Shown: piece by piece, positions 12,802 through 25,369 of the stretch | How positions within the stretch are numbered: the first letter of the stretch is position 1 | Layout: every line of letters starts with the position of its first letter | Assembly (NCBI GenBank): GCA_951406725.2 | Contig: OX597819.1 | Location: 103,168,001-103,232,000 of the forward strand | Direction of reading: 5' to 3' | DNA length: 64,000 bases | From: Octopus vulgaris | Taxonomy: Eukaryota | Notes under the pieces: model-generated | The model's input: the letters and a program-made list of their open reading frames with translations, nothing else | Databases searched by the model: none | Told to the model about the DNA's origin: nothing | Made by a program: the position numbers and the translations under genes

Positions 12802-12842
12802 AGGATTTCCTTTACAATCTGACTATGCTTTAGCTGCATCTC
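12802..12842 (-). CDS. Candidate 41-nt coding exon (EMQLKHSQIVKEI-L)
   Basis: Minus strand gtgttttgcag|GAGATGCAGCTAAAGCATAGTCAGATTGTAAAGGAAATCCT|gtaagt. Consensus acceptor and donor, open in phase 0, a unique island between two microsatellites. Confidence 0.5.
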
Positions 12843-13865
12843 CTGCAAAACACACACATGCACACACATACACACACACACACGAATACATACACTCATA
12901 CATACATGCACACGCATATACATTAAAGCTATAACTTGCTTCCGTCGACGTCTGTTCGACAGCTCTGGAAGCTGTTTTTATTCATAACGCCATATTAGCA
13001 TAGTATTTTGACACTGATGACGTTTTACGACAAAATCGCCAGACAAGGAATAAATAAATAATGGTTGCCCCGCTTTTTTGCATAAATTTCATTTATTCAT
13101 TCTTTTCCTTTTTTTTTTTTGATTTTTTTTTCTTATTAATTTCTTTTTTGTTTTGTGAATTTTTTCTTGTTTTTGTTTTACGGTCTAAGCGAAAGACGGA
13201 TTCGCCATTGTTGTGAAAGTTGTCATGGTTCCTGTCTGTATTGCTCCTGCCGTTATCGCTATTGTTTTATTATTATTTTTGTTGCTGTTGTTGTTTTTTT
13301 CTCATTGTTGTTATTCTTGATGTTCTTATTATTGTTAGCATTGTTCCCTGTATTGTTGATATTGTTTTGTCGTCGTTATTGTTGTGTTCGTTCTTTTAGT
13401 TGTTATTGTTACCGTTGCTGCTTCTACTTAACTTCCTTTTGTTGTTATAGTTGTTATTGTCGTCGTTATTTACAACAACAATGTCATTGATAAAATGATT
13501 GTATGACTGTTGATATTATATATCGTATTTGAAATTATTTTTCGTTATTATTCTTCTTGTTATATGTTTTGTTGTCTTTATTTATCGTGATCCTGTCGTT
13601 GAAGACTTTGTTGTAATTTTTCATTGGCTGATTTTACTGCTGTAATTGTTATTGTTTTGTCGTTTAGCCCCAGGTCAGTCCTGATTGAGGAAATTATAGT
13701 ATCAAAACATTGTAGTCTTTCATTAACAATCGTAGTATACCTTGGATCTCAAAAATGACGATCTTCTAAAACACTCAAGAAAAAAGTATATCTGTAACTT
13801 TTTACAAAGTTGATCACATGCAACTGTAGAAATAAATATTAGCTCATAGAGTATAAATTACAATA

Positions 13866-13873
13866 TGATAATA

Positions 13874-13954
<81 letters not shown>

Positions 13955-13958
13955 TAAA

Positions 13959-13996
<38 letters not shown>

Positions 13997-14017
13997 TAAT
14001 AATAATAATAATAATAA
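13866..14017. repeat. (AAT)n microsatellite
   Basis: Direct reading. Confidence 0.95.
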
Positions 14018-14540
14018 ATGCCCTAGTACAGTACCAGGCAGTGGCTTTCATGGCTTCTCATCTTAACTGATTGGAAGTGTTATTATGTACATTGTTTTGT
14101 CTTGGTATAAAAGATGGGTTACAGCCAATATTCTGCTCAATACCAAAGATTTGATTAACAGTTATTTGACCTTAACCAGTTGAACATGTCCCTTTGTGGC
14201 TCACAATGTGTGCATCTCTGGGGGAACACCATGGCCATGTGTTGAGAGGAATTCTTTGGGGTTTGGATAATTCCCCTCTGGAAACATAGGTGTTTCGTTC
14301 AACATCATTAAACAACCCTTATTCAGGGATGAGCTACTTGACCTGAAGAAAATTCTAACTGGGCCCCACCTGCAAGGTCATGTGCTGTTTATCATGCTAT
14401 GAGATCACCATGTCGCGCACACATGGTTGTGATGCATGTGCTTAGTGTACCCTTATCAGATGGCTAGTCATGATGGGTATACTGGGCTTCGTATATTTTA
14501 CCCCAGTGTCACTTTGATGGCATGCATTGTTCTCTCACTC
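14018..14540. mobile_element. Probable interspersed element embedded in an (AAT)n tract
   Basis: About 520 bp of higher-GC non-coding sequence with AAT repeats directly on both sides. Single copy in the window, so the call is inferred. Confidence 0.4.
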
Positions 14541-14939
14541 AATAATAAGTGATACTACATAAATTATCAAAGCTAAGTCGTTTCTTTTTGTTACCATTAT
14601 CAGGTTTTCATTCATTTATTTTTCAGCAAAAGGCTTCGAAGCATTTGCATGTCTATTCCTGTGACCTTAGATAGAACAGTTGTATTTGTAAGTTATTAAA
14701 CTGTTTACATAATTTTGAAAACTAGACACTTGTAGTATTCACTCTCATTGATAGATGTAAATAGAGATGATAGTATCATAAGCAAACACGGGAAGCACAC
14801 GGAACTTCAAACTTAGACAGTCACACTTGTACAATAGATGGCATAAACTAAGATTGTTGGAGATATTTGAATGAAAACAAAGGACGATAAATTCAACAAT
14901 AACAATATTTTATGATATGCAAACGTCGTGAGTTAATAA

Positions 14940-15560
14940 GAATTCCTCAATATGTACCTGCTCCACAAAAAGAAGAAGGATTGCATGCAGTAAACCACAA
15001 AAACGGTGTCAACTTATAAATTTCCCCAGAGAGCGTACGGACCATAAGGTAACATCATTTTAAATAATGAGACTTCTATCATATGATTTCGTCAGGGGAG
15101 TTAGAGGAAGCTCTGGCCATTATGTCATTGGGTGTGTACTTGATTGACTGAGGAAAGGCATAAGTATATGAGATCCTTATTTTTAAAACTGAATCGAGCA
15201 AGAAGTCAACTACATACCTGTTTATGGAATGGTACCTGAGTAGATGGTTCTGAGGGATACAAGGATAAACGGTTCATTATACAATGACACATGGATATAA
15301 AAATGGATGGAAGAGGATTCGACTGCGTTAGAAAAGTCGATCTTTACTTATCACGAAACGACGAGAGGTAAATTTGGCTTCAGTAGAATCTCACAATGTA
15401 GGCAGGAAGCCGGAACGTATACCGCAGCTCAATCTATCCAAGCGGCAAAATTTCGGCCGATTCAAAAAACCTCATTTTATTCCTCAATTCATATCGATGG
15501 TAAACCTCTTAAATCAGTTCCTTGCTAAAAGCTCTTAGACGACAGACCAAGATGGAAAAC
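14940..15560 (+). pseudogene. Highly decayed non-LTR reverse transcriptase remnant (CR1/L2-like)
   Basis: Ordered degenerate motifs: LINFPRERTDHKV (LDFSKAFD.VDH), VPE*MVL (VPQGSVL), FIIQ, EDSTALE (DDTT), IDGKPLKSVPC*KLL (IDG.P.E.V..KLLG). Confidence 0.4.
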
Positions 15561-15829
15561 AAGTTAAAAATCTGTATATCAGGTCCTTAAGAAATGACGA
15601 TTCTGTGTAGAGAAAAAAGATGCTGCCATCCACCCCCTGCACACATGGGATCACACAAATAAAATAAACTATAAGAAAAAACAAAGTTACATGCATAGAA
15701 TGTTACCTTGACCATAAAACGGACAAGAGCATGTCTGAGTAGAATATCAATCTCCACAATGTTTGTATGCATTGGGGTATACAATCGCACGTGCACATAC
15801 ACAGATAAAAGCCCACTTCCGTCATGAAC

Positions 15830-16112
15830 AACCATGGAATTGCAACTAGAAAGTTACCCTCTGAAGCACAAGTCCAGGCAACTTTGCTTATAGAAGACCA
15901 GCAGTCACCCATGCATACAAGACTCCCCTATCCACGCCACTGACGCTATCCAAAGGAAAGGGCGATACAGCTTGGCACCAGTGATGTTACAACTCATTTC
16001 TACAGCCCAGTGAACTGGAGCAAGGTGAAATAAAGTGTCTTGCTTAAGAACACAACACTGCCCGGTCCGAGAATTAAACTCACTATCACATGATTGTAAG
16101 CCCGAAGCTCTA
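15830..16112 (-). mobile_element. tRNA-derived SINE family C
   Basis: RC aligns along its length with the copy at 22282-22593. Confidence 0.85.
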
Positions 16113-16152
16113 CCTACATACATATGTGTATGTGTGTGCGTGCGTGCGTGCA

Positions 16153-16209
<57 letters not shown>

Positions 16210-17509
16210 ATGTGTACATTTTTATGTAGAACAGTGTGTGCATGTTTATTATATTTCTGTGTGCGCTTGTGTGTATGTATATATATATATATATAGTTTA
16301 CAGCGCTAATATGACCACCAGCAACAGTGATCTCTTTGTCTCTGCCTCTTCTTCATCATCATTCTCATCATCATTATCATTATCATCGTCTTCATGATTA
16401 ATAGTAATCCATATGTGTGCGCGTGTTCCTGCATACAATACGATCATATCTGCTTTTATTTCAAGAGGCTTTGTTGGTGACAATGACGACAATTGTAGTG
16501 ATTACCGAAAACAGGATTCTGTGATATTCATGCTTTTCTGTTTATTATGCTATATATGTGCCTCCATCAGATATGTTTTAGTGCCGCAAATTCAGCCCTG
16601 AACTGAATATAGTGTGCTATAGTTATTAAGACATGCTAGCCGTTTGCTGCTTGTCGTGTATCGTATAGAGAGAGAGAGATATATACCGAACACCGAACTG
16701 ACAGTGCATTATAGTAGAACTGGTTATATTTCTGTAGTTGCAGAAGACAGTGTTGTTGACAGTGAAGTTGGAGATGACGAAGATGATCGCGGAAATGATA
16801 GCGGTTATGGCTGTGGTGGTGGTGGTGGTGGTTTCGACAGATGTGATGCTGTTGGATTTGGGTGGTAGCAGGGATGGTAGTAAACAGTTTTGGGGAAGTA
16901 AGGGTTGGTGTATATAGTAAGCTTCCTGAAAGGTAATTAATTCTTTTTCGTCTCTGGCCTAATATTTAAAGAATAGCAGAGTGTGAGAAGGAGGAGGAGA
17001 AGAAGCGTCAAACGACAATACGACAGCCATATTAGCTGCTGTCAACTGGGAACGAAGTGAAAGGAAATCGTGAAACATGCGCCATTATAAAATTATGAAA
17101 AATGATACCGCAGCAAGCGAAGCGCGCGGGAAAATAATATAATATACAGAAATGGCGTCCGGCGATAGTGAACGGTTCAACACCTCCCATCAATGGGAAG
17201 AGAAGTGGAGGAAGGATGGAAGAATAAGGGTGATGTCAAGGGTTTAGTTAAGGATTCAGAGCCGATATTGTGTTCTGGAAAATGATTTCTAACAGACAAC
17301 CTTAACCCTTATGCCCTCCCGCCGTCATTTCTTTATTTATGCATATTTTTATTCTTTATTTTCCCTCTTCTTTTCGTATACTTTCTTTTCCTAACCTTCC
17401 AACACAGCATCCCATTTTCTTCTCCGTCTTGTTCTTCATATTTTAGTGCTGCTTTTTTTTTCTGTCTCCCTTTTCGTGGTTATTTTATGTCTTCTTTTTT
17501 ATTTCTATT

Positions 17510-17517
17510 CCATTACG

Positions 17518-17576
<59 letters not shown>

Positions 17577-17712
17577 CATTATTATTATTATTTTATTATT
17601 ATTATTATTATTATTATCATCATCATTATTATTATTATTATTATTATCATTATTATTATGGTTGTTGTTGTTGTTGTTGTTTTAGTTCCCCGTCTTCTTC
17701 TTCTTCTTCTTC

Positions 17713-17758
<46 letters not shown>

Positions 17759-17764
17759 TATTAC

Positions 17765-17834
<70 letters not shown>

Positions 17835-17866
17835 TATTATCATTATTATTATTATTATTATTATTG
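17510..17866. repeat. Compound (ATT)n/(GTT)n/(CTT)n microsatellite block
   Basis: Direct reading. Confidence 0.95.
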
Positions 17867-19302
17867 GTTTTCGGATTATTACCATCGCTTTTATCATTAT
17901 ATGTATTTTATAATTTTCCTCCCTATGACAATATACATATATTATCATTAATATTGCTATCTTTAATATTATTATTTACTATCTTTATTATTCCTTTCAG
18001 CAGCTTGCTTGATTTGTGTGATATTGTCCTTTTTTTGATTTTTTGTTTTTATTTTATCATCTGTTTATTTTTCTTCGACATCTTTTCTGTGCCTTTATTC
18101 CGAGATTTATTATTATCATTATTCTATTATTGCAGATTTTGTTGTTATTATAGTTGTTTTTATTTTATGTTGTTCATATTCTTGTTTCTCTTTATAAATC
18201 TGAGCGTGTGAGCGTGTAAATGCGTGCGTGTGTATGTAATATGTGAGTGTTTGTTTTTGTTTGTGAATGCAAGTTAGACCTCGCGGGCATGTAGACGAGA
18301 TATAAAAGGATATGTAGCTGTTAGTACGGGATCAAGGTTCGGATTAAGATTAGCTTTTAGGTCAAGGGGTTAGCGTATGATTTATTAAAACATAATGGGA
18401 ACTGGAAGAAGGCAGAAATAAAGGGCAGAGAAAGGCGAACGTCTTCCATTACATAAGGCAAAATGGCTTCTGAAACTAGCGTCGGAGGAAGGGGTATTAC
18501 AACGATTTTGTGTACATGTATGATGTGCGTATATTCAATGCGCGTAATTGATCAACTGTATGTAGGCTAAGGTGTGTATGTGCGCGCTTGTGTGTGTGTG
18601 TGTGTGTGTGTGTGTATGGGGGCGTTAGATATATGAGTATGGGAAGAGATGTTTTACTTGCATACGATGTAATTGCGTGATGTATGCCGTTGATATCTGT
18701 TACGGGACAAATGGCGGAGATTTGGTTATATGTGTTAACATATGTGTTAGATGTATGAGTATATGTGTATGTGCGTGTGGGTGTATGTACAGAACTGTAT
18801 AAGTGTGTATATAATACTTTATTACATAGAGATTGATAAAGAATATGTGTGCGTGTGTATGTATATATGTATGTATGCATGCATGTGTATGTATGTATGT
18901 ATGTATGTATGTATGTATGTATGTATGTATGTATGTAGGTATGTATGTATGTGTGTTGTGTGTATGCACATTAAAAACATCGATAAATTGCTGGATAGAT
19001 ACATGGTTAGGCACACATGGATGCTAAAGATAGACAGAAAGATGTCTAAATATGCAACCACACATCTAACGCACCCACACGCCAACTGTAGCCTAGACAC
19101 TGTCGATCACTTCGATGGTTAGATACAAAGATTGATGCATATGTAGATACATATACATGCATACATACGTACGTACATACATACATACATACATACATAC
19201 ATACATACATACATGCATAGATGGTTGGATAGATAACTCAATAGGCAGATAGACAGATAGATAGATAAATAGACAGACAGACAGAAAGACAGACAGACAG
19301 AC

Positions 19303-19371
<69 letters not shown>

Positions 19372-19412
19372 TGTATATACATATACATACATATATACAT
19401 ACATGTAGTGAG

Positions 19413-19657
19413 GGCGCGTAGCTTAGTGTTTAGAGCATTCGGCTCATGATCGTAAGGTTGTGAGTTCGATTCCCGGCGACACGTTTTCAAAGGGCCGGCC
19501 TTGTCACATTCTGTGTCACGCTGAATCTCCTAGCGAACTACGTTAAGGGTGCACGTGTCTGTGGAATGGTCAGCCACTTGCACGTTAATTTCACGAGCAA
19601 GCTGTTCCGTTGATCGTATCAGCTGGGGCCCACGTCGTCATAACCGACGGAGTGCTC
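19413..19657 (+). mobile_element. SINE with family C tRNA head and a different 3' body
   Basis: ggcgcgtagcttagtg (A box) ... gagttcgattccc (B box). The downstream body differs from the 22282 copy. Confidence 0.75.
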
Positions 19658-19959
19658 TTATATACATACATGAAAAATGACAAAAACTAGGTGCGTTTTT
19701 GTGTAGAATGTTTACATGTTAATAATAGGTGTTCAATCAACATTGAATGGAATATAGTTATAAGCAGTCACACTTAAACTGTTTGTGTACATTCGAACAC
19801 GGAAAGACATTACGCTTTACAAGACAAAAAGATTGTCTGAGTAGAATGAAAACATATATGATTAATAGATAGGTAGGTAGTAAAAATGTCAAATCAACAA
19901 AATATACCTCATAGTAATCTAACAGAATGATATATCCACAGTGTGTGTCCGTGTATATA

Positions 19960-20105
19960 GTAGATGTGTGGTAAGAAGCTTGCTTCCCAACCACATGGTT
20001 CCGAGATCAGTCTCACTGCGTGGAACCTTGGGTAAACCTAGGGCTGACCAAAGGTTTGTAAGTGGATTTGGTAGACGGAAACTGAAATAGACCAGTCGTA
20101 TATAA

Positions 20106-20165
<60 letters not shown>

Positions 20166-20380
20166 TTGTGTATCTGTTTGTCCTTCCACCGTCGTTTCAC
20201 AACCGATGTTGGTGTCTTTACGTCCCCGTAACCTAGCGGTTCTGCAAAAGTGACCGATAGAATAAGTACTAGGCTTACAAAGATAAGGCCCTGGGGTCGA
20301 TTTGTTGGACTACAGACTACAATTGGTGCTCCGGCGTGGCTGCAGTCAAATTACTGAAACACGTAAAAGAATGAAAGAGT
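19960..20380 (+). mobile_element. SINE family B
   Basis: Head, internal (TA)n and tail all recognisable. Confidence 0.9.
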
Positions 20381-20395
20381 ATATAAATGTATGTA

Positions 20396-20442
<47 letters not shown>

Positions 20443-20459
20443 CTATATGTCTCTATATT

Positions 20460-20905
20460 CTCAGCTAATATTCCGCCGAGATAGACTTTTCCTTTCACCG
20501 TTTTGGGATTCTTCAAAATGAGTATAAGTTGAGCATTGTGGTTGATGTAATCGACGTACCCACTCCCCCTAAAATCGCTGCCAAAATTTGGAACGATTAT
20601 TATTTTCATGAGTCTGGACTCGCTAGCACGCCGGGCAAAATGCATAGTGGGATATCGTCCTTCATTACGTTTTGAGTGCAAATTCTACCCAGGTCAACTT
20701 ACATTTCCTCCTTTCGGGATGATAAATTAAGTACCAGTTAAATACTGGGGTCGATGTGATCAACTATATGACTTCCCTCAAATTCCAGGCCTTGTGCCTT
20801 ATTTAGAAAGGATTATTATTAATATAATTCAGGCGACGAGCTGGAGCAATGGTTTGCACTTCGGATAAAATACTTAACGACATTTCATCCCTATTCAACT
20901 TCTAA
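20460..20905 (+). mobile_element. Cluster of degenerate SINE family A fragments
   Basis: ttccgccgag.tagactttt, gctagcacgccgggcaaaatgc, gataaattaagtaccagt, ggcgacgagctgg. Confidence 0.75.
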
Positions 20906-21233
20906 GTTCAGGTTACTAACCTTTTGACAATTGCAAAGAGCAGTATATAAGACATGGCTACTTTCGGTGTTTCATTGTGGATAATTATTTGCGGAAGATA
21001 TTAAAGAGTTTATTTTCACGAAAATGGTTATCACAAAGCAAGTATTCTTTTATAATATTCGCACAAAGCATGAGTTAGATAACTCGCACTGCTAAAAGCA
21101 ATAGCCAATAGAAACAGATAATATATATATATATAGTTAACAAAATACATATGCCTATAGCTTGCCTTTCTATATCCTCTTCTTCACACAGAATTACACA
21201 CAGACACAAACTACCAAAACATAACTATCTATA

Positions 21234-21267
<34 letters not shown>

Positions 21268-21269
<2 letters not shown>

Positions 21270-21597
21270 CGTGGATGTGTGGTAAATAGCTTGCTTCCAA
21301 ATCACATGGTTCCGGCATGTTTTACTGCTGACCAAAGCTTTGTGATTGGATTTGTTAGAAAGCGTCTGAAAGAATCCTGCAGTGCATGTATGTGTATGTC
21401 TTTGTTCTTGTATTTGCTTCCATCGCTACCATGACCCCCGTTTGACATGCGGTGTTTGGTTATGTCCACGGAAGCGGTATTGCAAAAAGCTGTCGGCAGA
21501 CCATATACCAAACTAGAAATCAAAGAAAGATTAGGGTCGATGTGCTCAACACTAAACCTTCAAGATGGTGCTCCAATGATTGAAACAGGTAAAAGAT
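21268..21597 (+). mobile_element. SINE family B, old copy
   Basis: ggcgtggatgtgtggtaaatagcttgcttccaa ... atggtgctccaatgattgaaacaggtaaaag. Confidence 0.75.
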
Positions 21598-21689
21598 ATG
21601 TTTGTGTGTGAGTGTGTGCGCACGTGCATTTATATGTTTCCATGACTTTTCTTAAGTGACACGCTAAGCTATATTCCACAGAATAACTT

Positions 21690-22055
21690 TGTATGATCCC
21701 ATCGAGTGGGAATGTAAAGGGTTTGAGAACCAATCTCACAACACGCTTATCAACACAGGGTCCAATACGCAGAACACTTTAGGTTGGCTATGAAGGTCGC
21801 AGTGTTTGTAGCAAGGTTCTTGTGGGTTAGTAGTTGTAGTCCATGGAGGGGGACAGTGCTACCAGAGTTAAGGCAAACTGAACAAGACCTCGAAATTGAT
21901 CACGTGAGACTTAATCAACTGATGAGGGTGGATGATGTTGACCCAAAACATATAACAACCCCAGGAAAAGAGGTTGATGATGAGACTAGGTGCATCACAG
22001 AAAAAATGGAAATGCTATTTATTAGAATCATGTATTCATACAAATCTAACTGTTA
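21690..22055 (+). mobile_element. 3' end of an RLE-encoding non-LTR retrotransposon (Hero-like), decayed
   Basis: PIEWECKGFENQS (cf. PVEVGCRGF..QS) at 21698, then frameshifted AMKVA...RFLWV..W. The 3' UTR carries ctgatgagggt...acccaaaac...accccagg...tgatgatg. Confidence 0.6.
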
Positions 22056-22094
22056 CACACACACGCGTGTGTGTGTGTGTGTAACTGTTCAGCC

Positions 22095-22260
22095 CGTAGG
22101 AGTACTGAACAGTTCTTGGCTTTAAGAGTATCGCGAAAACGCAGGCTGGAGGCTTAAATTTCCGAGTTCTTTTACAGGGCTTACGAAAACTAAAGGACTG
22201 CTGAAAATAGCGTCTAAATTTTCTTTTACCTAAAGCCAGGGACTTTGAGCAACCGCACGT
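22095..22260 (+). mobile_element. Mariner-derived MITE
   Basis: About 30-bp imperfect TIRs (cgtaggagtactgaacagttcttggcttta / taaagccagggactttgagcaaccgcacg). Internal LQGLRKLKDC resembles a mariner transposase C-terminus. Confidence 0.7.
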
Positions 22261-22281
22261 GTTTATGTATATATGTATATA

Positions 22282-22593
22282 GGCGTATGGCTCAGTGGTT
22301 AGATCTTTCGATCGCGAGGTTGTGAGTCTGAATCCCGGACCGGCTGCGTATTGTGTTCTTGAGCAAGACATTTTATTTCATGTTGCTCCAGTTCACTCAG
22401 CTGAAGAAATGAGTTGCGACGTCACAGGTGCCAAGCTGTATCGGCCTTTGCTTTGCCTTTCCCTTGGATAACACTGATGGCGTGGAGAGGGGAGCCCGGT
22501 ATGCATGGGTGACTGCTAGTCTTCCATAAACAACCATGTTCGGACTTGTGACTGGGAGGGTAACTTTCTTGGTGAAATTTAATGGTCAGTCAT
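22282..22593 (+). mobile_element. tRNA-derived SINE family C, near full length
   Basis: A box tggctcagtgg, B-box-like gagtctgaatcccgg, central tgtgttcttgagcaagaca..ttatttca.gttgctccagttcactcagctg. Confidence 0.9.
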
Positions 22594-22976
22594 ATATATA
22601 TATATAAACCTCAATAACTGCGTAACGGTTCCGAAAGTTCAAGAAGTTCCTGTGATGTGACTAGAGTGTTACAGAGGTTAGCACCCACTTGTCAACGTTC
22701 TCAACTTTATGACCAGTGACACGACAGAAGCTGAGACAACCGGAGACCAGCTACATTCCAGGACTTTTATGCGAGTTTAACTTCTCCAAAAGGAAGTTCT
22801 ATCAAGAACTAGAAGATTTTCACTCTCAGTGTTACGTAATAGTTAACCTATAGCTGACTGATAACACGAGCTAGAGTCAGCTGTTAGGGTGGCTAAGAGG
22901 TAGCTCCACCGTCTCCAAAACCAAGGAATTTCAGTGTGAGAGCCCCTTAACAGAATACCGTTGAGTGTCATATCCA

Positions 22977-23030
<54 letters not shown>

Positions 23031-23036
23031 TATAAC

Positions 23037-25369
23037 AATAATAACATTAGGGAGTAAATATTAGTGGTTTTATCTCTAATTTAATTATATATTTTGTTAT
23101 ATTTCTGTTATAACTTCGTTAAATTATAATTTTGGTATATTAATCTATTTGTATGTAATCTCTTTATATTTGAAATAGATTTATTTAGTTGTTTATTTAA
23201 TCTATTTTATTTAATATAGAAGTATAGATTAGTAGATTAATTATTTAGATTTAACTTAATATTTACCTCTATTTTGTATTGCAGTATGAATATAGACATT
23301 TATATAAGTATTTATTATATGATATATGTGGTTGTGTGTGTAAGTATATATGTGTATATGTTGATGTGCGTGCATATATATGTATATGTATATACATTTA
23401 TTTATGTGTGTGTGGGTGGGTGTATATAGGTGTATGTCTATATATTGAGTATTGTATGTATGTACATGTATGTATGCGTGTGCATATGTGTATGTGTGTA
23501 TATGTGTCTATATATGTGTGTATATATGTATATGTATGTATGTGTTTATGTATGTGTATATGTGTATGTATATGTATATGTATGTATATATATATATGTA
23601 TATATATGTATATATATATGTATATGTATGTATATTTTTTTTATATATTTATGTATACGTATGTATAGTTATACTACAAATTTTGATAAGTATTTATAGA
23701 TTTGGTTATGATCACTAATTTTAGCTTATAACTATAAGAGCATGGGAAAGACTTTATAGTATGATGAGGGGTTACTATATAAATAATTTTTTTATATATA
23801 TTTATTAATCATATAAGATTTTTAGAATATATTTAATAATTAGTGGTTTTTAATCATTTAAATCATTTAATTTATTTTGTATTAAGTATTATTTATCATA
23901 GTTATTTTATTAAAAAATATTATAGTATGGAGAGATTTTATTCTTTATTTGTGACTTCATTCTATTTACAATGATAAACCATTAATTTTCCCATTCACAA
24001 TCTCATTGATAAAGCGTAGGTTCCTCACGCTTCATGAATTCTTCAACAATTTATTCTTTTTTTTTTGCTAATAACGTAATTCCACGAGTATTCTTATAAA
24101 CGAGGTAAAGACGTTTTCCGATTCAAAATTTTAGTTCATTGCTAAACCTCTCTAAGATAAGTATTTATTTATATTTAAGATCTTCAAATTGTAAATTTTA
24201 ATATTGTATAAGTCTTTGGTGTAATAATATTTTCCTTATGTAAATATCGTTGTTTATGTAATGATCTAATTATCGTAATTTCTATATTATTAGATATTAA
24301 ATTTAAGTTTATTCGTAAGATACTACTTAGCGATAGATTTGTTATTTGATAGCAAGCATACGAGGTGTATTAACTTAGGCTTTTGTATATATATGTTTTA
24401 ATAGTATTAATTGTAGTTTTAAATTTATAATTAAATTAGATAAACCTTGATAAACTTAGATATGTTTCGACTAAACATTGGTCCAGGCCATGTATAATTT
24501 AATAGCATAACTTAGTTATTTCTTTAAATTGATACTCGCTAGTTATTCCCATCGATAATTATATTTATAGTATTTATAGTATTTATTCGATACTATATTA
24601 CTACGAATTGATTATTTCTATAAGTATTTTACATAAGATTTCCGAAAGTTCGTTTAAGTTTGTTTATTTGTATTTTGAAATTAGCTATTTCATCTTTAAA
24701 TATGAAAAAGTAATTTTTTAGGCTTTTATTATATGTGCATATATATTTATTTATAGAGATTATTTTAGATCTTAATATTTATATACATTTATATATTTTC
24801 ATTGATAATTTATATATATTAGTCATTTTTAAATATTCATGTAATTAGATATAGACTAATACCGATATTAGATTATTGGTGGGTTTCCTACCTTATAAAT
24901 TAAAATTAATATTTAACATTATAGTCGATTTTGATATAATCATAATTGTTAAGTTTTATGTTTCTAGTTTGATAATATAGTTTATTATAAGTAAAATTAT
25001 TATATTATTTATATCTTAAAAATATTGTTTAAATATTTCCGATTATATTTTAGATATTTCAATTAACCTGAAGACTGACTGTAACCATAACTCGAATTAT
25101 TACGAATTGTACAGCCATGAAACGATCGTAGTGTTTTACTCTTTTTCTTTTATTAAATTTTTAATACTTTTGATATATATTTAAAATAATATAAATTAAT
25201 TAATTTTATGTATTGGCTTATGTTTTTCATTGTTTGATTTGCCTAATAGTGGTTTTTATCTCTAATTTAATATAATATAATATAATATATTTATACTATA
25301 AAATTGGATTTAATCCTAAATCTGATTTTTCCCTGTAAGTTTGGATTTATTCCCTAATATTTTATTATT
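23037..25369 (+). mobile_element. AT-rich Penelope-like element remnant in (TA)n
   Basis: Inverted termini (23037-23059 vs 25345-25369), partial direct repeat (23062-23085 vs 25247-25271) and a hammerhead motif at 25066-25132. A second partial copy lies at 47643-47930. Confidence 0.65.
25066..25132 (+). ncRNA. Type I hammerhead ribozyme motif, canonical core
   Basis: CUGAAGA-c-UGACUGUA...UACAGCCA-u-GAA-ACGAUCGU-A. Stem II has one mismatch, stem III is a palindrome, cleavage triplet GUA, stem I weak. Confidence 0.7.

Noticed and set aside
14627-14687. Plus-strand 61-nt exon-like segment (tttttcag|...|gtaagt)
   Set aside because: Isolated, on the opposite strand to the other candidates, and no recognisable peptide. 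It shows the chance rate of such patterns.
23700-25060. AT-rich stretch resembling organellar DNA (NUMT)
   Set aside because: No mitochondrial gene, rRNA or tRNA motifs recognised. Termini and hammerhead fit a Penelope-like repeat better.
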